A stretch of DNA of 64,000 nucleotides from an uncultured Actinomycetes bacterium (lineage in GTDB: Bacteria > Actinomycetota > UBA4738 > HRBIN12), in NCBI GenBank assembly GCA_963835415.1, contig CAWIFZ010000003.1, forward strand, positions 221,323 through 285,322, written 5' to 3'. Both the position numbers and the translations under genes were made by a program. This document shows, one piece after another, positions 50,263 through 60,856 of this stretch. How positions within the stretch are numbered: the first letter of the stretch is position 1; each line of letters starts with the position of its first letter. Under the pieces are notes generated by a model. It was not told where the DNA came from. It did not search any database and saw nothing but the letters and a program-made list of their open reading frames with translations.

Positions 50263-51022
50263 CTACAGCACCGCTTCGAGGAACGTACGCGTTTCGGGGT
50301 GCTGCGTGTGGTTGAAGAGCTGATCGGGCGTGCCCTCCTCCAGGATCACGCCCTCGTGGAAGAACATCATCCGGTTGGCGACTTCGCGGGCGAATCCCAT
50401 CTCGTGCGTGACGACGATCATCGTCATGTGAAGGTCGGTGGCGAGCGACTTCATCACCGCGAGCACCTCGCCGATCAACTCCGGGTCGAGTGCCGACGTC
50501 GGCTCGTCGAAGAGCATCACGTCTGGCTCCATCGCGAGGGCCCGGGCGATCGCGACCCGCTGTTGCTGACCCCCGGAGAGTCGGATCGGATGCTGATTGG
50601 CCTTGTCGACGAGCCCGACCTTCGCGAGGAGGTCGAGAGCCATCGGTCTCGCGACGCTGGGCTTCAACACCCTTCACCGTCACCGGCCCTTCCATGACGT
50701 TCTGGAGCGCGGTCATCTGCGGGAACAGGTTGAAGGACTGGAAGACCATCCCCGCGTGCAGACGGAGCTGGCGGATCTGCTCGCCTTTGTGACGGGTTCG
50801 GTGCCCACCCTCGAGTCGGATCCCGAGCCACCTCGATGGTGCCGAAGGTCGGGTCCTCGAGGAAGTTGACGCAGCGAAGGAGCGTCGACTTCCCCGAGCC
50901 GGATCGCCCGAAGATCACGACGACCTCGCCCGGTTCACCTGCATCTCGATGCCCTTCAGCACCTCGAGTGATCCGAAGTACTTGTGGAGGTTCTCGACCT
51001 TGACGACCGCGTCGGTAGTCAC
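50263..51022 (-). pseudogene. Polar amino-acid ABC transporter ATP-binding protein, at least 3 frame changes
   Basis: GTG 51022 is preceded by ggaggaggag. Walker A GRSGSGKST, Q-loop MVFQSFNLF and signature [15 protein letters not shown] lie in three different frames, switching near 50940, 50825 and 50665. Confidence 0.8.
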
Positions 51023-52357
51023 GGCTGCTCCTCCTCCGGCGGGAGCGGCATCTCGGCGATCGCGCCCCCGCCGCCCGCCGCAACGGGAAGGTACTGCGTG
51101 CGCTTGCCGCCCCCGCCCGTCTTCACCTCGCGTGCGGACGTACCCCTTGGAGATCCGCTTCTCCAGGCGAACCTGGAAGAACGTGAACATCGACGTGAGC
51201 AGCCAGTACAGGGCGGCCGCGACGAGCAGCGACTCAAGCCGGTTGCGGATGCTCGAGCTGAACGCGAGCTGCGCGCGCAGGAACAGCTCCGCGCTCGCGA
51301 CCGACGCCCCCAGGAAGCCCACGAGCGCCGTGTCCTTCATCATCGCGATGAACTCGTTGCCGGTCGGCGGGATGATGACGCGGATCGCCTGTGGTAACAC
51401 GACGCGCCGCATCCGCTGGGTGTACGTCATGCCCAGGGCGTCCGCCGCCTCGGCCTGGCCGTGCCCCACCGATTGGATGCCCGCGCGGAAGATCTCCGTC
51501 ATGTACGCGCCGTAGTTCAGCCCGAGGCCGATCACACCGGCTTGAAAGGTGGTGAGCGTGAGGAGGTTCACGAGCGAGGTCCGGTTCATGTTGAACCCGA
51601 TCTGCGGCAGCGCCAGGAAGATCAGGAACAGCTGGACGATCAACGGCGTGCCCCGGAAGAACGACGTGTAGAAGCCGGAGACGCCGTACGCGACCGCGTT
51701 GCGCGAGAGCCGCCCGAGGGCGCCGAGCAGCGCCAGGAACGTCGCGAGCACGATGGCGAGAGCGGCCAGGAGGATCGTGAACTCCAAACCCTTCGCGATG
51801 TACCAGAGGTTCTCCCGGATGAAGCCCAGTCCAGATCGGACAGGACCAAGAAGATCCCGATGATGAAGAAGATCGCGATCCAGACCGCCGTCACCTTGAG
51901 GCGGAACGGGACCCTGGCGCTCGCGAGCGCGATCGCCTCCGTCCTCCCCGCCGCCGCCTTCCCCAGCAGGAGCAGCACCACGCCGGCGACCGATAACGCG
52001 ACCGCGAGGTAGCCCTCTCGTTGGTCGGTCAGGCCGCCGACGGCGACCAGGTACCCGCCGCACAGAGCGGTCGCGCCGAGCGCCACCCACCACGTCCAGC
52101 GGCGCGCTACGTAGAGCGAGGAGCCCCGACGAGGCTGACGACGCCCACGAACCCGAACATCGCGATGTCGGCGGGCGGGATGTTCTCAGTGGTCGAGAAG
52201 ACGAGGATCGGCAGGAAGAGCGCGATGAGCGCCCCCTGCAAGATGATCAGCCCACGAGGCGATCAGCAGGAACTTCGGCCTGGGGGATCTCGAACTGACC
52301 GCGCGACGGAGCGCGAGGTTGTTCCTCACGCCCCGTCGCCGCGACCGTGGCTCCCAT
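51019..52357 (-). pseudogene. Polar amino-acid ABC transporter permease with extra N-terminal TM region, at least 4 frame changes
   Basis: The permease core (FRGTPLIVQLFLIF, EAA-like GQAEAADALGMTYTQRMRRVVLPQA) is in ORF 50915..52093. The hydrophobic N-terminal pieces and the C-terminal tail are in other frames, switching near 52215, 52100, 51835 and 51140. The start is uncertain. Confidence 0.65.
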
Positions 52358-52385
52358 GGGTCGTTCCCACGCGATCCGCGACGGC

Positions 52386-53350
52386 TCAGACCGATGCCGA
52401 CACCGTCCAGTCCACGCCGCCGTACCACTGCTTCGACAGGGTGGAGAGCGTGCCGTCGTCGTGCATGTCCTGGACGATCTGGCTGACCGCATCGGCGAGG
52501 CTCTGCGAGTCCTTGGGGTCGTTCTTGTCGAACGCGATGCAGAGCGGTTCGTAGTAGAGCGGGTCACCCACGATCTTGATCGGGCCGCCGGCGTCGATGT
52601 AGGCCTGGATCGTCTGCTGGGCGCTGATCGCCGCGTCGCACCGCGTGCCGTCGCCGAGGGCGAGGTTATCGAGCGCGTCGGTGTCCGTATCGAAGGTCGT
52701 CAGGTCGCCGCCCGTGATCTGGAACTCGAACGGCGGGGCGCCCGAGCCGAGCTTCAGCGTGCCCTGCACGTAGTCCTGGTACGTGGTCGAGACGCCCACG
52801 CAGATCTTCTTCCCGGTCAGGTCCGCCGGGCCGGTGATCGTGGTGTTGTCCTTGAACACGGACATCGAGGCGGGCGTGTAGTAGTACGCCGGGGTGAAGT
52901 CGAAGAGCTCTTCGCGATCGATCGTGTCTGTCATCGAGCCGACGCTCACGTCCCAGCGGTCGTTCCACGATCCCGCCGTGATGACCGCCCACTTCTGGGC
53001 CTGGAGCTCGGGGCTGACGCCCAGGCGCTTCGCGATCTCGGTGGCCACGTCGACGTCGAACCCCTTCCAGGTGCTGGTCTGCACGTCGTACCACGACTGC
53101 GGCTTGTACTTCGGGTCGGTCGCGATCCGGAGCGTGCCGCTGTTGCAGAGCGCGGCAAGCGCGTCGGTGCCGCTCGTGTCGACGGTGGCACACACACCGC
53201 TGCCACCCGACGCACCGCTTCCTCCGGTGCCTCCGGTGCTCCTCCGGTGCTTCCTCCGTTGGACGCGTTGTCATCGCTTGCACAGGCGGCCCCCACCAGG
53301 GCGAACACCGTCAACAGCAGCACGAACGAGCGTAGTCGGAGCTTGCGCAC
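52386..53350 (-). pseudogene. Polar amino-acid ABC transporter substrate-binding lipoprotein (family 3), frame change in linker
   Basis: GTG 53350 is preceded by ggaaggagg. The signal and lipobox (LVGAAC-A) are in one frame and the mature domain (ORF 52386..53195) in another. The switch falls inside a repetitive Gly/Ser/Thr-coding tract at about 53200-53260. Confidence 0.8.
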
Positions 53351-53454
53351 AGTTCCTCCTTCCGGGGGAGGCCCGAAAAGCCCCCTCCTGTCCGTCGGAA
53401 ACTATATGGGGGTGTCTCCCGCCGAGCAATGCAACCCACCACGAGGAGCTGCAG

Positions 53455-55335
53455 CTAGGTGCCTGTTTCGGGAGGGACGGGCGTCCCGGGGAAGTACTTC
53501 GCGAACAGCAGGGCGTAGCGCCCGACCCGGATCAGCCGGGCGAGCGCTTCGTCGATCGCCGCCACGAGGCGGGCATCGGGCCCCGTGGCGATGAAGACAT
53601 CGTGCGCTCCGGCGTCGATGCTCTGGGCGATCCGGAGCGAACGCCTCCGTTCGATCGCTTGCCAGGCTTCCGGCTCCACGTCCGCCACTGCCGTGATCGA
53701 GCCGGCGACGAGCTCGTCGTAGGCCGCTCGCCTGTCGTCGGTGAACCGCACCACGGCGCCCGTCGCTTGCAGGGCGTCGCTCGCCCAGGCAACGCTCTCC
53801 CGCGAGCGCACCACGACCACGACGTCGCCCGGCCCCAGGCGCTGCAGCAATGGGCGTTCGTCGTGGGCGAGTCGTTTCGAGGCGACCAGGGCGATGTGGA
53901 GGCTGAACGCGATCCCTGACGCCGGGGTGCCTTGTGCCACGTCTGCTGACGGCGTCACGACGGCGTCGAGCGTCCCGCTCGCCACCGCACGGATGGCCGC
54001 CTGGCACGGGATGTCACGCCACGAGAGCACGAGTCCGAGCCGGCGAGCGATCGCCGCGGCCAGCTCGACGTCGAAGCCTGTGAGGCGGCCTCGCTCGGTA
54101 TACGCGTACGGTCGGCCCTTCCGGCAGGAGGTGACCGACAGCGAACCGGGCGTGCCCACCGGCAGGGGCTCCTGCGTGTCCCCCTGACCGACCGGGGCCC
54201 AGCGCACTCCTTCGGCCCGGAATACGCGGACGCCCGCCGACCCGGTCTGGAGCTCCCCGTCGTCGAACCGATACGTGTTCGCGAGGCCGTCGTATCCGTC
54301 GAGCGTCGACAGGGCGGCCGAGACCGTCCGACGATCCTGGGCTCCCGCGCCGAACGTCGCGAGCACCATCCCGCCCGCGTCCCATCCTTCGGCCGCGAAC
54401 ACGCCGGGCGGCGAGCCGAACCGGGACTGGAAGTCGTGGATGAAGCGACGCGCATCCGGTCGCGTGGACGAGGCCAGATCGACGCACGCGCAGGTGACGA
54501 TCGTCCCGTCCCCCGCGTCGTCCGTCATGGACAGGTACGACTCGGTCTTCATCGCGGACGAGCCCACGAGCGGCAGCGACACGGAGCCGGCCTCGGTCAG
54601 CCCGGTGCGCAGGAGCGTCGCGCCGGGCCCGAAACCCGTCCACGCGACCAGCCCGCATCCCGACCCGTCCACGAGTTGGAGGACATCCGGCAGGGCATCC
54701 TCATCCGGCAGATCGAGCGAGGCGATCACCCGTGCCCCCAGGTCCGCGCTGAGCAACTCGCTCAGCGCGGTGGACTGACCGGAATCGTCGCCGACGACGC
54801 ACACCCCATCCACCGCCTCGGGGGAAGCGCGGATCACCGCAGCGAGCGCCGCGGCTTCCCACGAGATCCCGGCGACGATCCGCCACCAGGACGACCAGCC
54901 ACGCGTGGCCAGTGACGGATCGAGCTCGGACATGCTGATCGTCGGGACACCTGCCTCCTGCAGGACGTCGCCCACTTCGACGGGCTCCGACCAGAACGGG
55001 CCGATCACCGCCGCCACGTACGCCGGATCGTCCGCGACCTCGTGGGCCCGCTCGATCGCGTTCGCGCCGTCCCCGTCGACGTCGAGCCCGACGACCTCAG
55101 GGACGACCGAGAGATCGCCGGCGTCGACCGCATCTTGGAACGCGAGCTGCATGCCGAGGAGCGCCGGGGCGACGGTCTGCTCCGAGCCGGGTACCGACAT
55201 GTCGTGGAGGAACGCGATCTTCACGGGCACAGGATCGGGAACGGGCGACGGTGACGCTCCCCCGCCCGTGCATGCCGCGGCGATGGTCGCGATGAAGGCG
55301 ACCAGGGCGGCGGCGGTCGAGGATCGTCGGCTCAT
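53455..55335 (-). CDS. Fused two-domain solute-binding lipoprotein: type-1 (LivK-like) domain plus family-3 (polar amino acid) domain
   Basis: ATG 55335, with lipobox IAAAC-TGG. The first roughly 400 aa resemble branched-chain-type binding proteins (VKIAFLHDMSVPG..., AVIGPFWS, GVPTISMS). The last roughly 220 aa resemble family-3 proteins (GFDVELAAAIARRLGL...). The frame is intact. Confidence 0.7.
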   Translation of the reverse strand: MSRRSSTAAALVAFIATIAAACTGGGASPSPVPDPVPVKIAFLHDMSVPGSEQTVAPALLGMQLAFQDAVDAGDLSVVPEVVGLDVDGDGANAIERAHEVADDPAYVAAVIGPFWSEPVEVGDVLQEAGVPTISMSELDPSLATRGWSSWWRIVAGISWEAAALAAVIRASPEAVDGVCVVGDDSGQSTALSELLSADLGARVIASLDLPDEDALPDVLQLVDGSGCGLVAWTGFGPGATLLRTGLTEAGSVSLPLVGSSAMKTESYLSMTDDAGDGTIVTCACVDLASSTRPDARRFIHDFQSRFGSPPGVFAAEGWDAGGMVLATFGAGAQDRRTVSAALSTLDGYDGLANTYRFDDGELQTGSAGVRVFRAEGVRWAPVGQGDTQEPLPVGTPGSLSVTSCRKGRPYAYTERGRLTGFDVELAAAIARRLGLVLSWRDIPCQAAIRAVASGTLDAVVTPSADVAQGTPASGIAFSLHIALVASKRLAHDERPLLQRLGPGDVVVVVRSRESVAWASDALQATGAVVRFTDDRRAAYDELVAGSITAVADVEPEAWQAIERRRSLRIAQSIDAGAHDVFIATGPDARLVAAIDEALARLIRVGRYALLFAKYFPGTPVPPETGT

Positions 55336-55400
55336 GTGGGGTCCGGGTCGCCTCGAACACCGGGAAGCGCTCAGGCGGGATGGGTAGTCTAGGGGGCCGC

Positions 55401-55484
55401 GCCGGGATGGCGGAACTGGCAGACGCGCGGGACTCAAAATCCCGTGGGCTTCGGCCCGTGAGGGTTCGACCCCCTCTCCCGGCA
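55401..55484 (+). tRNA. tRNA-Leu (anticodon CAA)
   Basis: 84-nt cloverleaf with acceptor GCCGGGA/TCCCGGC. The anticodon stem CGGGA/TCCCG has loop CTCAAAA. The variable arm is GGGC-TTCG-GCCC and the T arm GAGGG-TTCGACC-CCCTC. CCA is not encoded. Confidence 0.9.
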
Positions 55485-55485
55485 C

Positions 55486-56635
55486 TCAGACGACGCGACC
55501 CTCGACGACGAGGTCGCCGCGGTCGAACCGATCGAGCCCGAGCGACGAGATGTCCACGGTGCGCGCCCGGCCGTCGACGATCAGCTCGGTGAGGAGCTTG
55601 CCGACCACCGGCGCATGCTGGAACCCGTGGCCACTGAACCCGTTCGCCAACAGGAACCCTTCGACGGGCGATCCCCCGATGATCGGATGACGATCCGGCG
55701 TCATCTCGTACAGGCCCGCCCACATGCTCGCCAAGGCCCGCGTGTTCGATCGGCGGGAACACACGGACCGCGGTCGGCAGCAACTCCTCCTCGATGAATC
55801 GATGGTCGACGTCAGTGCTGAACGACGGCTGCTCGTCGCGACCGCCCATGCCCGTCAGGACGCCGTCGCCTTCCTTGTGGAAGTAGTACGAGGTCGCGGC
55901 GTCGATCACGAGGGTCCGGCGCGCGGGCGCCCCCGGGAACCCGCCCGTCGTCACGACCATGCGTGGGATGGGTTCCAGTGGAAGGTGTATCCCAGCGGTC
56001 GCCGCGAGCGCCCCGGCCCACGGCCCCGCCGCGTTCACCACGACGGGCGCGGAGATGGAGCCATCCTCCGTGCGGACACCGGAGACGGCCGCACCCTTCG
56101 TCTGGATCTCAACGACCTCGACACCCAGCCGCACGTCGGCGCCGGAACGACGAGCGAGCGTCGCGTATCCCTGCGTGAGCCCTGCCGGATCGGCGATGCC
56201 ATCGTCGGCGCAGAAGGACGCACCCACGACGTCATCGATCGCGATGCCCGGCGCGACGGCCATCGCCTCATCGGGCGTCAGGAGCTGTGTGTCGACACCG
56301 AGCGATCGCTGCAGCTCCGCTCCGGCGCGGAAGTCGGCCCAGTCGTGCTCGTCCCGCACGAGGAACAGGTACCCGTCCTGCACGACGTCGAGCGGCAGCC
56401 CGTGCTCCTCGGTGAACCCCAGGATCATGGGGACGCTCGCCAGCGACAGCTCGATGTTGATGCGGCTGGAGAACTGATGCCGGAACCCTCCGGCGCAAGC
56501 GCCGGTCGAGCCGGTCGCGACGCTGTCCGCGCGTTCGAGCAGGACGACGTGCTCGACCCCGGCGGCGGCCAGGTGGTACGCCGTGCTCGCGCCCACGACG
56601 CCTCCGCCGACGACCACGACGTCCGCCGTGGTCAT
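55486..56635 (-). pseudogene. FAD-dependent oxidoreductase (DAO / sarcosine-oxidase-beta type), 1 frame change
   Basis: The N-terminal dinucleotide fold is VVVVGGGVVGASTAYHLA. The C-terminal part (WAGLYEMTPDRHPIIG...GFSGHGFQHAP) is in another frame, switching near 55745. The stop lies 1 nt from the tRNA 3' end. Confidence 0.8.
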
Positions 56636-57573
56636 CCGGTGTCCTCGTCCGCGCCCTTGGCCGCGCCCACCGCCGCCCGTGCGACGATCAGATCCTCGAA
56701 CGCCAGCCCCACGGACTTGAAGACCGTGATGTCGTCCGGAGACGTGCGCACATCAGCGCCATGCACGACCTCCGCGAGGTCGGCGACCACGTGATCGCGG
56801 CCGAACGCACCCTCTTCGACAGGGATGCACAATTCTCCGGCCTCGGCGAACGCCGCATCGCGGGACTCCACGACCACCCTGGCCCGCGCGACCGCGACCG
56901 TGTCGAGCTCTCTCGCCGTGGGTCGGTAGCTGCCGACGGCGTTGACGTGCGCCCCCGGGGCGAGCAGGCCGCCGTCGAACAGCGGAACGTCGCTGGTCGT
57001 GCACGTGCAGATGATGTCCGCGTCGGCGACATCGTTCGCTCCGCCGACGGCCGCGTCGACCCCGGCCTCTCGAGCCATCTCCACCAGCGCCTGCGCGCGC
57101 TCAGGCGTCCGCGAGACGACCGTGACATGTCCGATCGGGCGGACGGCGAGCATCGCCTCAAGGTGCGATCGCGCCTGGACACCGGCGCCGAAGATCACGA
57201 GGCGCCGGGCGTCGGTGCGGGCGAGGTGGCGCGTGGCCAGCCCCGACACGGCGGCGGTGCGGAGCGCGGTGAGCGCGGCACCGTCCACGATCGCGTCGGG
57301 CACTTGCGTATCAGGGTCGAACAGGACGTAGACCGCGTTGATGAACGGGAGGTCTCGTTCCGCGTTGCCGGGCGTGAGCGTCACGAGCTTCACGCCGACC
57401 CCGGCGTCGCCGAACGCCGGCATCTGCAACAGCGTCCCGGCCGGCGTCTCGAGGTGCGATCGCAGCGGTGCCCCGGACGGGTCCTGCTCGCGGAAGCCGG
57501 TCTCCAGGGCGTCGATGGCCGCGGCCATCGGGAGCCTGTGACGGAGCTCGACGGCGTCAAGGAGCTGCATCAC
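56632..57573 (-). CDS. Ornithine cyclodeaminase / mu-crystallin family protein
   Basis: 313 aa. A Rossmann GAGVQARSH and family-typical blocks (DGAALTALRTAAVSGLATRHLAR, VNAVGSYRP) are present. The stop overlaps the downstream ATG. Confidence 0.85.
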   Translation of the reverse strand: MMQLLDAVELRHRLPMAAAIDALETGFREQDPSGAPLRSHLETPAGTLLQMPAFGDAGVGVKLVTLTPGNAERDLPFINAVYVLFDPDTQVPDAIVDGAALTALRTAAVSGLATRHLARTDARRLVIFGAGVQARSHLEAMLAVRPIGHVTVVSRTPERAQALVEMAREAGVDAAVGGANDVADADIICTCTTSDVPLFDGGLLAPGAHVNAVGSYRPTARELDTVAVARARVVVESRDAAFAEAGELCIPVEEGAFGRDHVVADLAEVVHGADVRTSPDDITVFKSVGLAFEDLIVARAAVGAAKGADEDTG

Positions 57574-58304
57574 AGCTCCCCGAGGTACGCCTCCCGCATC
57601 AAAGGGTTGGCCAGGAGGTTCGCCGCCGTGTCCGCCAGCACGACCTCACCGGTCTGGATCACGTAGCCGCGATCGGCGATCGAGAGCGCCATGTTCGCGT
57701 TCTGCTCGACGACGAAGATCGTGGTGCCCAGCGCCCTGATCTGCTTGATGATCTCGAAGACCTGGTCGACCAACACCGGCGCGAGCCCCATGGAGGGCTC
57801 GTCCATGAGCAGCACCTTGGGCTTGGCCATCAACGCGCGGCACATCGCCACCATCTGCTGCTCGCCGCCGGAGAGCGTGCCGGCCTTCTGCTTCAGGCGT
57901 TCGCGGACCCGGGGGAACACCCCGAGCAGTCGCTCGCGGTCCTCCGCGATCCCGGCGCGATCGCTCCGCTGATACGCGCCCAGGTCCAGGTTCTCCGACA
58001 CCGTCATGCCGGCGAAGAGCCGGCGGTTCTCCGGCACCATGGAGACCCCGCGCCGGACGACCTCGATCGTGGGCATGCCGCTCACCACGTCGCCGTCCAA
58101 CAGCACCTCTCCCTCGCTCGGCGTCACGTAGCCCAGGATCGTCTTCAGCGTGGTCGTCTTGCCGCTGGCGTTGCCGCCGAGCAGGCACACCATCTCGCCC
58201 TCGTAGATCTGGACGTCGACGTTGCGAAGCACCGAGACCAAGCCGTAGTGGGTGCTGACGTTCCGCATCTCGAGGATGGGCCGGCGCTCGGGTTCGGCGC
58301 TCAT
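57570..58304 (-). CDS. livF: Branched-chain amino-acid ABC transporter ATP-binding protein, LivF type
   Basis: 244 aa. Walker A GGNASGKTT, signature LSGGEQQMVAMCRAL and Walker B LLMDEPSMGLAP. Confidence 0.9.
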   Translation of the reverse strand: MSAEPERRPILEMRNVSTHYGLVSVLRNVDVQIYEGEMVCLLGGNASGKTTTLKTILGYVTPSEGEVLLDGDVVSGMPTIEVVRRGVSMVPENRRLFAGMTVSENLDLGAYQRSDRAGIAEDRERLLGVFPRVRERLKQKAGTLSGGEQQMVAMCRALMAKPKVLLMDEPSMGLAPVLVDQVFEIIKQIRALGTTIFVVEQNANMALSIADRGYVIQTGEVVLADTAANLLANPLMREAYLGEL

Positions 58305-59088
58305 CCCGCCGCTTTCGTGCCCAGGTAGGCCTCGATCACCTGTTCGTTGTTCGCGACCTCCTCGTACGTGCCTTCGCCGATCTTCTGCCCGTAGTCGCAT
58401 GCGATCACACGATCGGAGACGCCCTTCACGACGCGCATGTCGTGCTCGATGACGAGCACGGTGAGCCCGACCTCGTCCCGCATCCGCACGATGTGGTCCC
58501 GGAGCTCCAGCGTCTCGCGCGGGTTCATCCCGGCGGTCGGCTCGTCCAGCAGCAGGATCGTGGGGTCGGTCGCCATGGCGCGAGCCATCTCGAGCCGCCG
58601 ACGATTGGCGTACGAGAGCGAGAACGCCGGCTGCTCCTGCCGATATCCGGAGAGCCGGGTGCCGAAGAAGTCCAGCGCCTGCTGCGCGCGGACGCGGATC
58701 CGCTCCTCCTCGCGCTTCGTGCTCGGCAGACCGCAGCACCGACCCGAAGATGCCGGACTTCGACCGGCAGTGCTGGCCCACCATCGCGTTCTCCAGCACC
58801 GTCATGTTCGGGAACAGGTGCACGTTCTGGAACGTGCGGGCGATCCCGAGCTTCGCCACCTGGTGCGGCCGCAACCCGACGATGCTGTCGCCGCGGAACG
58901 TGATGTCACCGTCGTCGGGCGCGTAGAGGCCGGTGATGACGTTGAACAGCGTGCTCTTGCCCGCTCCGTTCGGCCCGATCACGCTGAGGATCTCGCCCTC
59001 GTTCGACGTGCATGTCGAGCCCGGCGAGCGCCGACAGTCCGCCGAACTGCTTGCGGACGCCCTTGATCTCCAGGAGCGGCTCGGTCAT
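58301..59088 (-). pseudogene. livG: Branched-chain amino-acid ABC transporter ATP-binding protein, LivG type, 2 frame changes
   Basis: The N-terminus MTEPLLEIKGVRKQFGG, Walker A GPNGAGKST and C-terminus LLLDEPTAGMNP...EAYLG lie in three frames. One switch is at about 58997 (extra base in the ccc/ggg run 58996-58998) and the other at about 58728. Confidence 0.85.
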
Positions 59089-60856
59089 CCGCTCCCCTCC
59101 CCGATCGGCGAGATGCCCGCGGCGACGTCCTCGTCGGCCGCAAGGTCTCCCGCCCACTTGTCCTGTGACCGATCCTCCTCCTGCAGCTCGCGGCTGCGGC
59201 GGATGTTCGGCACCAGACCCTGAGGCCGCAGGATCATGATCGAGACGAGCGCGGCGCCGTAGATGAGCAGCCGGTACTCCTCGAACTCCCGCAACAGACC
59301 CGGGCAGGCCGATCAGGACCAGCGCGCCGACGACCACGCCGGGGATGCTGCCCATGCCGCCCAGGATCACGATCGCGAGCGCGGTGATCGAGACGATGAT
59401 CTCGAAGCTCGCCGGGGTGAGGGATCCGATCTTCACCGCGAACAGCGCGCCGCCCAGCGAGCCCACCGCGCCGCCGGTCGCGAACGCCAGGAGCTTGAAT
59501 CGGGTCGTGCTGATGCCCATGGCGTCGGCCACCTGTTCGTCCTCGCGCATCGCGTTCCAGGCGCGGCCGATGCGTGAGCTCGCCAATCGCCAGGATAAGA
59601 AGATCGCGAACAGCACGAATGCGAGCGCGAGGTAGAAGAAGTGCTGCGGATCTCGGAACGAGAAGCCGGCGATCGCGGCGTCGGTGATGTTCGCGCATCC
59701 CCTGCGGTCCACCTACCAACGGCTTCAGCCAGTTCGACGAGATCAGGATCGACACCATCTCGCCGAGGCCCAGCGTGACGATCGCGAGGTAGTCCCCACG
59801 CAGACGGAGGACCGGCGCGCCGATCAGCACCCCGACGCCCGCGGCCAGCAGCACGATGATCGGGATCGCCACGTAGAAGTTCAGGTGCATGCTGAACGCC
59901 GGGGCGGCCGATCCGGTGGTCGTGTTCAGCGTGGCGCCGGTGAGGAGCGCCGTGGCGTACGCGCCGAACCCGAAGAACGCGACGTACCCCAGGTCGAGCA
60001 ACCCCGCGTACCCCACCACGATGTTCAGACCGAGGCCCAGGAGCATGAACACCATCACGGTGCCGAGCACCTCGGAGATCACGGCGCCGACGAGCAGCGG
60101 GATCGTCGCGAGCACGCCGACCATGACCAGCAGGACGATGATGCGGGTGCCGGGCTGCTCACGAACCATCGTGCGCACGGTGGCGCTCGCGGCCTTCCCT
60201 CGGCGGGTCCAGCCCCACGAGCACAACAACGACCCCGCGAAGAACAGCGCCGCCCCGAGCCAGGTGAGACCGCCCGTCGCGGGACTGTAGAGCCAGTCCA
60301 CCGTGATCCCGAGCTGCACCAGCGCGATCGGGATGATCCGCTGCAGGAGTCCGGCGAGCAGGGTCACGGCGGTCGCCGTCGCCAGCGGTCGCCGCACCGA
60401 CACCGCCAACGTGCGGAACGCGCCGCCCGCCGCTCCGGCCAGCAGGCCGCCCACGGTGAGGATCACGGCCCCGACCGTCACGCTCTTCCCGAACGACAGG
60501 ATCTCCAGCAGCGCCGGGTTGACCTGGATGAAGATCTCGCCGACGCGGTCCACGCCGTACCAGTTCGTGAACAGCAGCGCGATCGCGACCGACCCACCTG
60601 CCCCGAGCCCGGCGATCGCTCCGTACATCGCCGCACTCCTGGTGGTCGCGGTCACGATCTCTCCGGCGACGACGCGCGGGCGCACCGCGATGTACGCCAC
60701 CAGGAACGGAACGAACAAGAGCACGGCGCGCGCGCCCGTCACCTGCGTCCCGATCAGGTTGATCTCGGCGATCTTCGCCAAGAGGCCGACCAACGCGACG
60801 TAGATGACGACGATCCCGCCGACCAGACCCGTCCTGAGCAGCCTGCCGACCGGCAT
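59085..60856 (-). pseudogene. livM: Branched-chain amino-acid ABC transporter permease, LivM type, with a hydrophobic N-terminal extension of about 240 aa; at least 2 frame changes
   Basis: The ATG overlaps the livH stop. The LivM core is GLNIVVGYAGLLDLGYVAFFGFGAY. The frame switches near 59700 and 59300. Confidence 0.8.

Noticed and set aside
50158-50697. The 179-aa + strand ORF downstream of the orphan promoter as a protein-coding gene
   Set aside because: Most of it is antisense to the conserved ABC ATPase gene. Its product is Arg-rich with no motifs, and there is no SD before its start.
53455-55485. The 676-aa ORF call, which extends the fused binding protein 50 codons upstream
   Set aside because: The extension runs antisense through the tRNA-Leu(CAA) gene (55401-55484) and has no signal peptide. 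The internal ATG at 55335 gives a clean lipoprotein signal.
12938-60856. Programmed ribosomal frameshifting or a deliberate recoding signal as the explanation for the many frame changes
   Set aside because: I found no slippery heptamers or downstream structures at the sites I inspected. The changes hit unrelated genes, several per gene, and some sit in simple G/C runs. Indel error or decay explains them more simply.
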